A stretch of 38,589 bases of DNA, taken from positions 1-38,589 of the forward strand of contig JAUCBJ010003614.1 in the NCBI GenBank assembly GCA_032718475.1, given 5' to 3'. Below are positions 1 to 11,467 of this stretch, piece after piece. The translations under genes and the position numbers were made by a program. This stretch comes from Nemertoderma westbladi (taxonomy: Eukaryota; Animalia; Xenacoelomorpha). How positions within the stretch are numbered: position 1 is the stretch's first letter; each line of letters begins with the position of its first letter. The notes beneath the pieces were generated by a model that ran no database searches, was not told the DNA's origin, and worked only from the letters and a program-made list of their open reading frames with translations.

Positions 1-1575
1 CCAGTTAATTCTCGATAAATAGAAGTTACTGATAAATAATATCCAGTTAATACTTGATAAATATAAGGTAACTAATAAATATTATTTAGTTAATTCTCGA
101 TAAATATAATTTACTGATAAATTTAATTCTCGATAAATAGAAGTTACAGATAAATAATATCCGGTTAATACTTTATATATATAAGGTACTAACTAATAAA
201 TATTATTTCATTAATTCTCGATAAATATAATTTACTGATAAATAATATCAGTTAATTCTCGATAAATAGAAGTTACAGATAAATAATATCCAGTTAATAC
301 TTGATAAATATAAGGTACTAACTAATAAATATTATTTAGTTAATTCTCGATAAATATAATTTACTGATAAATAATATCAGTTAATTCTCGATAAATAGAA
401 GTTGCTGATAAATAATATCCAGTTAATACTTGATAAATATTAGGAACTAACTAATAAATGTTATTTAGTTAATTCTCGATAAATATAATTTACTGATAAA
501 TAATATCAGTTAATTCTCGATAAATAGAAGTTACTGAGAAATAAAATCCGGTTAATACTTTATATATATAAGGTACTAACTAATAAATATTATTTCATTA
601 ATTCTCGATAAATATAATTTACTGATAAATAATATCAGTTAATTCTCGATAAATAGAAGTTACAGATAAATAATATCCAGTTAATACTTGATAAATATAA
701 GGTACTAACTAATAAATATTATTTAGTTAATTCTCGATAAATATAATTTACTGATAAATAATATCAGTTAATTCTCGATAAATAGAAGTTGCTGATAAAT
801 AATATCCAGTTAATACTTGATAAATATTAGGAACTAACTAATAAATGTTATTTAGTTAATTCTCGATAAATATAATTTACTGATAAATAATATCAGTTAA
901 TTCTCGATAAATAGAAGTTACTGAGAAATAAAATCCAGTTAAGTCTCGATAAATATGTTAGTTATTAGAATAGTTAGTGATATATAATATCTAATTTAAT
1001 CTCAACCAATATGTTACAGATAAATAATATCCAGTTAATTCTCGTTAAATATTAGTTACTAATAAATAATATACAGTAAAATTCTTGATAAATATAATAA
1101 GTTTACTGATACATATAGGAATAATGTATTTAGTCCATTTTCGATAAAATAAGTTACTGATACATAATATCTACTCAATTATCAATAATTCACTGATAAA
1201 TGATACCTAGACTATTTCAGATTATTATAAGTTTGTTACTGATAAATAATATCTAGTCATTTATAAATAAATATATGACTGATAAATAATACCTAGACTA
1301 TTTCAGATTATTATAAGTTTGTTACTGATAAATAATATCTAGTCATTTATAAATAAATATAGCTAACTGATAAATAATACCCAGTCACAATCCGATAAAT
1401 ACTTTAAGTTACAGATAAATTAATTTCCAGTTATATTTTTCAATAAATATAAGTTACTGATAAAATTTAGTCAATTCTCAATAAATTAGAATTACTGATA
1501 AATAATATCCAGTCAATTCTCAATAAATTAGAATTCCTGATAAATAATATCCAGTCAATTCTCAATAAATATATG
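1..1575. repeat. AT-rich minisatellite, ~42-bp monomer with 129-bp and 387-bp higher-order periods, decaying rightwards
   Basis: Monomer ccagttaattctcgataaatagaagttactgataaataatat. The variant cagttaattctcgataaatagaag recurs at 249, 378, 507 (129 bp). ccggttaatactttatatatataagg recurs at 161 and 548 (387 bp). Confidence 0.95.
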
Positions 1576-1591
1576 TTGCTCTATAACTTTA

Positions 1592-2340
1592 CTAAATCAA
1601 ATAGACATACATTGTAATCAAGAAAACATATTTGGAAACATCAACTGCTGAAGCGCTATCCGCTACTGTAGTGGCAGTTGCTACAGTAGTGGTTTCCTCC
1701 AATAAAGTGGTCGTTTTCGCAATGGTAGTAGTACCGGGGCCGGGGGTTGTAACTGGTTTGAGTGATATTCTAATGAGAGAATTGCCAACATTTTGCTCGA
1801 AACCCTCTTCTATGCCTCTTTTCAAAAAACCTTGCATATCTTCAAAAACATATATGGTTAAAGATATCGTACCGTAAATATCCCACTTTCCAAAGCATAG
1901 AAGTTGCCCAATGTGGTAATTCATTTTTCCTACATCTTCTGCGAATTCTAATGTTATAGCTAATATAATATCGCCAATTGTGAAATCCGAACAAGGGGAA
2001 TAGGTGATGTTATAAGGTATCGGCACCTGGTAGATTATGTCATCAATGGTGCGATATTTCCCATCAACTTGAATCAATTGGCTTTCATAAAATACATTGT
2101 ACTGATCCGATAAAACGTCGATGAACTGATCCGTAGTTTGGTTCACAGATATATCAAAATATTCTATATCCACAATAATAGATCCGCATCTGATATTAAT
2201 ACTTGCTATTTTGGCTGTTTTCATTACAACTTGGAAGATATCATTCTTGAGTTTTTCCATGGCGGTATTCTTACTTATGAAGTCATAACATTCTTCTGTG
2301 GTTGCATTGATAACAAATTTCACGCTGGCCTTATTGCTTT
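1592..2340 (-). CDS. Probable terminal exon of a cell-surface protein: SEA-like domain, Thr-rich stalk, hydrophobic GPI-signal-like C-terminus
   Basis: Open frame. Minus-strand acceptor ttgttgttttttttag ends at 2341 (phase 1). RCGSIIVD resembles the SEA GSVVV motif. The C-terminus is PVTTPGPGTTT...ATTVADSAS then YVFLITMYVYLI-stop. Confidence 0.65.
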
Positions 2341-3335
2341 CTAAAAAAAACAACAACCTCATATAACATAGAACAATAATTACTATAATTTAAATGTCGG
2401 TTTCAAATATTGTTTGTTTAAAATTTAAATGTCGGTTTCTAATATTGTGTGTTTCCACGTGTTTTACCTACATACTGTTCTACTGTACACTACATTATGT
2501 GGACTGAGCAAAGGTGAGCATAGCATCATCAAGTCTTGGGTTCTGCAGTTGCAGCCAGACCATCAAGTTATAATCAAGAGAACCGAAATTCCATATGTCA
2601 TATTATAACTCCATATTTACATCATGAATCATTTACTCTCACAATTGTTTATCTTCCCTCTTTCTCACATATTGCATATGCATGATATCTAATATATAAA
2701 TTCGATACAGGAATGAAATGATTATGTGGCCTAACCTAAATACAATGTAACCGTAATACAAATACAGAAATACCTGAGTATTAGGCCTACCAGTAAGTCT
2801 GTAAGCCTATGCAGGCTGCCTGATGTCTGAAGTAGTAAAATGTTATGGCAGAGTTTAAGTTGATTGAATCGGCATGTAAACTATCGGCAGCTCAGTTAAA
2901 TAAGGCTAACAAAGTTCAGCAGAAATCTTTATTGGATTTGTACCATGAGGAGGATATCCGACAGTGTACTACTAACTCTACTGACGCCCAATCGGGTACT
3001 GGTATTCCTGGCGACACAATGACGAAGAAACACTAAAAGCTGATACTTGATGAGATTATAAAAGCCTTCGGAAAGAAGTGAGCGAATCTAATAAGCTACG
3101 CGAAGAGGTAGTCAGCCTATCCAAAGATCTGGGCAAAGCATTCTGAATCATATGTAACCAGCAAGCATTCCTAAAAACACTGGACAAAAGTCACATGAAA
3201 AAAATGTCATAATAACAGGAGTGGTCGAGAACTCAACTCTGCCTGATGTTTTCACCACTGATATCAAGAATTGTTAAGGAGATTTTTAAATAGATGATAT
3301 GGGGTGACACCCGATATCCTGGCAGCTAATATTAC

Positions 3336-4158
3336 TGATCTAGACTGATCTAAACTGATCTAGACTTTGCTGATGACTTAGGTGTACTCTCAGAATCATT
3401 AGATGGAGCCCAGCGGCTCCTCAGCTCATTAGAACATGCTGCTTCTAGTGTTGGTCTTTTTATTAACTCCAGAAAGACCAAAATTCTGACAGTTAACTTT
3501 GAAAGTCCTCAGCAAGTCTCTGATCGGATGAGCATAAGCTCAAAGGATGGTATGCTTGAGCATGTGGACGACTTCTGTTACCTGGGATCATGGATCCGGA
3601 AGTCAGGTGAGGACCTTCGAATACGTAAGGGAAAGGCATGGGCAGCCTTTAATAGGCTTTCCAGGATTTGGAAGTCACCTAGAATTAATCGGAAACTTAA
3701 GGTCCGATTATTTAGAGCAGCAGTAGTTCCAGTACTCCTCTACGGGAGTCCATGCTGGGCTCTAACTGCTGAGGACACCAAATCTCTGGATGGCACATTC
3801 ACAAGAATGCTACGCCGGGTACATTGTGTCAAGTACAATGCACACATCTCCAACCAGACACTATATAACATTGGAGGTGTCTCATTGGTTCCCCCAAGCT
3901 TGACACTAGAACAAAATCGCCTCCGCTTTGCAGGACATTGCTTTCGCCGTGAGGACCAGCCAGTGCATAATCTTGTACTTTGGCAGCCTCATGGAGTGAA
4001 TAAGCATGGTGGACAGCCCATGACTTTCTTGAGACGCATCTTAAAGGACACTGGCCTTAAAGATGCGGATGATCTAGCAAATGTCATGGGTGATAGGGAG
4101 TTGTGGCGGTGCAATTTTGTTGACAATTTTGTTGGCAGCATGCCGATCCTAGTAGTAG
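3336..4158 (+). mobile_element. 5'-truncated RTE-clade LINE with (TAG)n tail, inserted in ORF1 of the host LINE
   Basis: 12-bp TSD agctaatattac at 3324-3335 and 4157-4168. Open frame TDLDFADDL...VDDFCYLGS...KAWAAFNRLSRIWKS...VLLYGS. Confidence 0.9.
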
Positions 4159-6432
4159 CTAATATTACAGTCCAACCTCTATGCAAACCCAAAACCTCTA
4201 CCAGTTATACTTCTAAACGCCCAATATTGGTAACATTATGAGATCGTAACACCCGTGACAGGATTTTAAGAGGAGAGAAGAACCTGAAGGGTGCTGCACA
4301 GTTTGGCCACGTCTATATTAATAAGGAGATACATCCAACTGTGAGGAAACAGATGGGGTGCCTTTCGTCAATGTGAATGGGAGGAAAACAGTAAACCTGA
4401 GAATCAAAGTATGACTATCCGGTATGACTAGAAAGATCACACACTGCTACGGGACAGGGTAGTGATCGATCGTTATGTTAAACCATCTATGTTCTATGGG
4501 CATGCGGCACAACCCAGGTGTCTGTCCATATGCGCTTGAAATATGTGTGCCGTACGTGAAAAACTATTAGACGATAAAACACTAGAATTTATTCAGAACT
4601 TTGACATTGTATTCATACTAGAAATGAAATCACCAGCTCAGCTATATGGTCCAGGTTTTAAATTATACCACAACCCTTCTAAACACTCACACCGAGGAGG
4701 TATTATGCTACTTATTAAACCCGACTTAGATAGGCATTTAATTAATCTGGAACTAGGCGTAGAAGGTCAAATATGGTTCAATCTAGCCTGTTGCTAGAAT
4801 ATTTATATTGGAGGGTGTTACATCATACCGAAGGAATCGCCATTCTTTGAACCCAGTTCCTTCAGTTTTTTGCATGAAAAAGGTTCTCTCAGGACTCGGT
4901 GACAGGAATATAGTTGTAGGCGACTTCAATTGGAGAGTGATATTTCCTGACCTCTCTGAAGATATGGGTAATTTGGGTTATTGCTAGTGATGTTGTAGAC
5001 TATAGAGCAAACCAAAGTGGATGAGTACTAAACGCAATTTGTAGAGACAGGGACTACAGTTCTCAATTATCTGAATCAGGATGGAAACTGTTTAGGTGGA
5101 GGGTTGTCCTACAGGAAAGGTCAGCACTGGGTTTCGGAGGTAGATCTTGCCATGGCATCAAGCAACATGGTGAATGATATCAATAGCGTTTTGATAGACA
5201 GTTCAGTGTGTATATCAGATCATGGTGCGATTTGCCTCAAATCAAAGCTCGACATCCTTCCCTGTAACAACTGGGATGATCTATCCAACCACTCTTCCAT
5301 GTTAGGAGATTACAGCTCATTTACAAAGGCTACGACACATCGTCCCGGAACAAAAGGAAGCCCTACTCATATTGGGTGAACATGACTCGTTTTAGTGACA
5401 TCCTAATAAATAAAACCCCACCAGACATGAACTTGATGACCTAGACAACCTAGATGACGTCGAATGAGTACTTGGTGAGGCAACTGATACTATAAACTCG
5501 GCCGCTGCTAAATCTGTTTCAAAATCCGGAACTGAAACAACAGAGTCATGGGGCCCACTCAGTAACCGATGGCAACATCTACTGGACTGCAATGATTTTG
5601 CCAAGATCTTGATTGGGATCAACTGGAAAGGAAATCCTTGCATCGAGAAAGTACGGGACACCCCGAGCGAATCCGAATTCACCAATCATTTCAGAGGTCT
5701 GCTAGGAGACAATGTGAAAGACAGTACTCCAAACTTTGACATTGAAAATACACCCTTACTTGCCTATCCTAGATGATCATTTTACCAAGAGTGAATTTGC
5801 TCACATCCTCAGCAGCCTGAACACAAATAAGAGCTACTTAGGTATAAACCCAGGTTTCTTTGTTAATTTGCCTGGAAATTGGTTAATGTTCTTCCTAAGT
5901 ATTTTTAATATTGTGTTTAGTAACTTTTGGTACCCATTAGGATTGTCTAGTACTAAACTTGTAATCCTGTTTAAATCTGGGAGCAGATTGGGTGTGTTGC
6001 GGTAACTACCATGGTATTAGTATACTGAACTCTATAGCCAAATTGTATTACCTGTTCATTTGTGCTCATCTTGCCCTCTGGTGCTCGTTTGACCAATGTC
6101 AAGCTGGTGAACTAAAGTTGTTTGTAATTTTAATAGACTTCTCTAAAGCCTATGATCGGGTGCCATGAGATGCTCTTATTAATTGTCTCAAAGAATTAGG
6201 CTGTGGTAAAGTTATGCTGTTAGCACTAAAACGCACATATACCTGTACCTAAAACGTACTCAAATCCAATGTGTATATAATTTCAACTTTAGGAGTAAGA
6301 TAAAGGAGCACCAACTAGCAGCCTATTATTTTGCCTTTATTTAAATCGAATGGTTATTATGTTACGTAAAGCTATTCAACGCAATGGGTTTCTAGGTGTT
6401 GTGCATATATTATTGTTTATGGATGACACCGT

Positions 6433-6485
6433 CGGCTGGTGGTGGGTATTGTTTAACATTAACGTTTTATTATCTATGTGAATAA
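6433..6485 (+). mobile_element. 53-bp insertion, probably an extremely truncated LINE/SINE 3' end
   Basis: 14-bp direct repeat atggatgacaccgt at 6419-6432 and 6486-6499. The insert ends ...tatgtgaataa. Confidence 0.6.
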
Positions 6486-6777
6486 ATGGATGACACCGTA
6501 CTCTTATCTACCAGCAGGTCAATGTGTATCAAAAAGTTCAACTGTGTTTTAGAGTTCTGTAAAATTTCTGGTATTGCAATTAATGGGAAAAAAACTAAAT
6601 TTTTCGTTATATCGTTATGCCTCTGACAGAGTTGATATGATATTCGAATCTATAAAAATCGCACATTGTACTAGGTATATATACTTAGGATCACCCTTCA
6701 CTGAAGATGATCGATTGAAACGGGTTTTATCTATACATTAGATATAAAGCGGTAGGCCATTGCCAGTGGTTTTATTT

Positions 6778-6970
6778 AAATAATAATAAATATAAATTAC
6801 CATAAGCAAAGTATAGCATATAGGTAAGTATTAGGGGTCTACACTGGCTGATTATAATGAAACGCTGAATTTGGTGAACGTTTTCGCCCTACCGGGCTAC
6901 GTCAGACCTACAGTATTATATTAATAAAGTATAATGGAGTAATTAAATTCAATTCGAAATTCCCGCCACC
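6778..6970 (-). repeat. Inverted pLTR copy (partner at 14882-15072)
   Basis: Near-perfect reverse complement of 14882-15072, apart from small indels and about one substitution. Confidence 0.92.
6873..6908 (-). ncRNA. Minimal type I hammerhead ribozyme (PLE-type)
   Basis: Minus strand reads ggt-CTGACGTA-gccc(ggta)gggc-GAAA-acg-TTC-acc. Confidence 0.7.
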
Positions 6971-7099
6971 ATCGACGATCACGAAAACGAAAGAGAACCC
7001 AATTCCGGACGTTTCTACCTACCCTGCACCGCACAACTCAGAAATAAATTCAGATCCATCACGAAAAGACATTTACACGGAAGCGACCTTAGAATCAAC

Positions 7100-7591
7100 G
7101 TGATAACCAGCAATCCCGACTCCCTGGGACAAATGCTTATGAACAACAAGACTATCGTATCGACTTTGCGACTTGGTAATCACCCCTGTAAGACACCGGG
7201 ATGTCTAACATGCCAGCATATCACTAACGTATCGCAAACTCCCTGGGGCGATAACATACACGGGCGGTTTAATTGTAAAACACACCATATAATATACATT
7301 GCCTGGTGCTCCTTACACACCCCTAGCTTTTACATCGGCAAAACAATACAACATTTAAATGAGCGAGTCAACGGCCACCGTAATATGGTTAAGAACTACC
7401 CAAGTAAAGCGAATGACTTCAAAACCCACGATGATATCCTTCTAGCAAGACACCTCTATGGTTGCGGAATGCGGTGTTTCCGCATTTGCGCATTTAAATA
7501 CTTTGGGAATACCGTTGAGCTACTCGCAGCGGAGGGACTCCTAATCAAAACTCATCGTCCGCCCCTTAACGTCTACCAACCTACACTTTAG
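7100..7591 (+). pseudogene. GIY-YIG endonuclease, C-terminal remnant of the PLE ORF
   Basis: PCKTPGCLTC...FNCKTHHIIYIAWC...FYIGKT...LNERVNGHR...LARHL...EGLLI...PPLN: the Cys-rich linker plus GIY-YIG layout typical of PLEs. No RT upstream. Confidence 0.85.
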
Positions 7592-7724
7592 TAACTGCTC
7601 ATTAATAAGGGTCCAATCTAATGAAATTATGGACTCTCCTAAAATAAAAATAATAATAATTATTCTTTAGTTTACAACGTATACTTTGCATATTATACTG
7701 ACTTCACATATTTAATATCTTTGG

Positions 7725-10620
7725 TTTCACTTAAATTTATACATTGCATAACCTACAGTTAGACTTATTCATTAACCTAACTTTAATCTAACTTACTTAA
7801 CGAGCAGTACATATTGAATGTTTTTTGTTTGTCTTAATCTGTTACTTTATACATTATTTCCAATATTACTTATTTTTCACTTAAACTTATACATTGCATA
7901 ATCTACAGTTAGACTTATACATTAACCTAACTTTCTTAACGAGTAACGCACAATGAATGTTTTTGGTTGGTCTTAATCTGTTGTTTTATGCATTATTTCC
8001 AATATTACTTATTTTTCACTTAAACTTATACATTGCATAATCTACAGTTAGACTTATTCATTAACCTAACTTTAATCTAACTTACTCAACGAGCAGCGCG
8101 CATATTGAATGTTTTAGGTTTGTCTTAATCTGTTACTTTATACATTATTTCCAATATTACTTATTTTTCACTTAAACTTATACATTGCATAATCTACAGT
8201 TAGACTTATACATTAACCTAACTTTAATCTAACTTACTCAACGAGCAGCGCGCATATTGAATGTTTTAGGTTTGTCTTAATCTGTTACTTTATACATTAT
8301 TTCCAATATTACTTATTTTTCACTTAAACTTATACATTGCATAATCTACAGTTAGACTTATACATTAACCTAACTTTAATCTAACTTACTCAACGAGCAG
8401 CGCGCATATTGAATGTTTTAGGTTTGTCTTAATCTGTTACTTTATACATTATTTCCAATATTACTTATTTTTCACTTAAACTTATACATTGCATAATCTA
8501 CAGTTAGACTTATACATTAACCTAACTTTAATCTAACTTACTCAACGAGCAGCGCGCATATTGAATGTTTTAGGTTTGTCTTAATCTGTTACATTATACA
8601 TTATTTCCAATATTACTTATTTTTCACTTAAACTTATACATTGCATAATCTACAGTTAGACTTATACATTAACCTAACTTTAATCTAACTTACTCAACGA
8701 GCAGCGCGCATATTGAATGTTTTAGGTTTGTCTTAATCTGTTACTTTATACATTATTTCCAATATTACTTATTTTTCACTTAAACTTATACATTGCATAA
8801 TCTACAGTTAGACTGACTTACTCATTAACCTAACTTGAACCTATCTTACTTAACGAGCAGCGCGCATATTTCATGTTTTTGGTTTGTCTTAATCTGTTGT
8901 TTTATGCATTACTTTCAATATTACTTATTTTTCACTTAAACTTATACATTGCATAATCTACAGTTAGACTGACTTACTCATTAACCTAACTTGAACCTAA
9001 CTTACTTAACGAGCAGCGCGCATATTTCATGTTTTTGGTTTGTCCTAGTCTGTTGTTTTATGCATTATTTTCAATATTACTTGGTTATTTTTCACTTAAA
9101 CTTATACATTGCATAATCTACAGTTAGACTGACTTACTCATTAACCTAACTTTAATCTAACTTACTTAACGAGCAGCGCGCATATTTCATGTTTTTGGTT
9201 TGTCCTAGTCTGTTGTTTTATGCATTATTTTCAATATTACTTGGTTATTTTTCACTTAAACTTATACATTGCATAATCTACAGTTAGACTTATACATTAA
9301 CCTAACTTTAATCTAACTTACTTAACGAGCAGCGCGCATATTTCATGTTTTTGGTTTGTCCTAGTCTGTTGTTTTATGCATTATTTTCAATATTACTTGG
9401 TTATTTTTCACTTAAACTTATACATTGCATAATCTACAGTTAGACTGACTTACTCATTAACCTAACTTGAACCTAACTTACTTAACGAGCAGCGCGCATA
9501 TTTCATGTTTTTGGTTTGTCCTAGTCTGTTGTTTTATGCATTATTTTCAATATTACTTGGTTATTTTTCACTTAAACTTATACATTGCATAATCTACAGT
9601 TAGACTGACTTACTCATTAACCTAACTTTAATCAAACTTACTTAACGAGCAGCGCGCATATTTCATGTTTTTGGTTTGTCCTAGTCTGTTGTTTTATGCA
9701 TTATTTTCAATATTACTTGGTTATTTTTCACTTAAACTTATACATTGCATAATCTACAGTTAGACTTATACATTAACCTAACTTTAATCTAACTTACTTA
9801 ACGAGCAGCGCGCATATTTCATGTTTTTGGTTTGTCCTAGTCTGTTGTTTTATGCATTATTTTCAATATTACTTGGTTATTTTTCACTTAAACTTATACA
9901 TTGCATAATCTACAGTTAGACTTATTCATTAACCTAACTTTAATCTAACTTACTTAACGAGCAGCGCGCATATTTCATGTTTTTGGTTTGTCCTAGTCTG
10001 TTGTTTTATGCATTATTTTCAATATTACTTGGTTATTTTTCACTTAAACTTATACATTGCATAATCTACAGTTAGACTGACTTACTCATTAACCTAACTT
10101 GAACCTAACTTACTTAAGGAGCAGCGCGCATATTTCATGTTTTTGGTTTGTCTTAATCTGTTGTTTTATGCATTACTTTCAGTATTACTTATTTTTCACT
10201 TAAACTTATACATTGCATAATCTACAGTTAGACTGACTTACTCATTAACCTAACTTGAACCTAACTTACTTAAGGAGCAGCGCGCATATTTCATGTTTTT
10301 GGTTTGTCTTAATCTGTTGTTTTATGCATTTTTTTTTCAATATTACTTATTTTTCATTTAAACTTATACATTGCATAATCTACAGTTAGACTGACTTACT
10401 CATTAACCTAACTTTAATCTAACTTACTTAACGAGCAGCGCGCATATTTCATGTTTTTGGTTTGTCTTAATCTGTTGTTTTATGCATTTTTTTTTCAATA
10501 TTACTTATTTTTCATTTAAACTTATACATTGCATAATCTACAGTTAGACTTATTCATTAACGACTTACGACTTAACGACTAACGACTTAACCACTTACTT
10601 AACGAGCAGCGCGCATATTT
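7725..10620. repeat. Satellite array, ~19 copies of a 152-160-bp unit
   Basis: Marker cattgcataa at 7742, 7892, 8031, 8183, 8335 ... 10527. Confidence 0.97.
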
Positions 10621-11467
10621 TCATTATTCACTTATTACTCACAGCGCACTTATTCATTAACCTAACTATAATCTATACAGTAGATGCTATAGTTTTATCT
10701 TAATTAACTAAGGATTGCTTTGAGCTGTTTTATGTTTCACTACCTTTGGACTATATATGTATGGGGGAATTTTGGAATTTGGGTTTTGGAGGGAATGTTG
10801 TTATACTGAGTAGAAACTGAGCGTTTTGGGGTATTTTTTTTTTATAATAATAGTACGAGAGTTACTTAGAGACAGGATTAGCTTTTTACGTTATGTAAGT
10901 TTGGATAAAAATCTATTTTATTCTGGAGACTTTTGTTTTTTGACTTTGTTTTTTTGACTTTGTTTTTGACTTTGTTTATATAATATTACACGAAGTGGGG
11001 CCTTCGCGCAGCACGTGACTTAAATTTAATTTAAGTACTAATTCGAAAGTATTACTGTATTAGCAAATTTTAAGCAGATTTCGCCTAATCACTTTTTACC
11101 TCTTTCATTTCTATTCAGACATTTCTGACTCTAGCGGTATAGTGAGAACTGAAGATGGATTAGGGTCTCCAGCCCCACAAAGACACAGCCTATGGATGAA
11201 TAGTACATACGTACATCGGCCAAGTTTCATCTTGAATAACGGATAACGAAATGAGAGACGGATCTCACTTTCAGAAATTTCGTCGTATAGCGGCAGACCG
11301 ATTAAATCCCCCCCCCCCCCCCCCCCACAAAGACGCAGCATGTGGTCCAGAATATATGGCAAGATTCAGCTTAAACTGATTAAAATCAATGAGACGGGAG
11401 AATCTATTCACTTTCAGGCATAAAGTAGTCCTATAGCGGGTGACTGTTGAACTGATTTTCAACAAAA

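Larger units (their letters stand above)
2845..6737 (+). mobile_element. Decayed non-LTR retrotransposon (APE-type LINE), left part: ORF1 remnant, endonuclease, RT
   Basis: ORF1-like NVIITGVVE and KRPILVTL...HVYINKE. APE motifs GGIMLLIK, VVGDFN, SDH. RT motifs NYHGISIL, IDFSKAYDRVP, LLFMDDTV, YIYLGS. Many stops and frameshifts. Confidence 0.85.

Noticed and set aside
2341-2362. MRLLFFL as a signal peptide or start
   Set aside because: Too short, and it coincides with a polypyrimidine tract plus AG acceptor.
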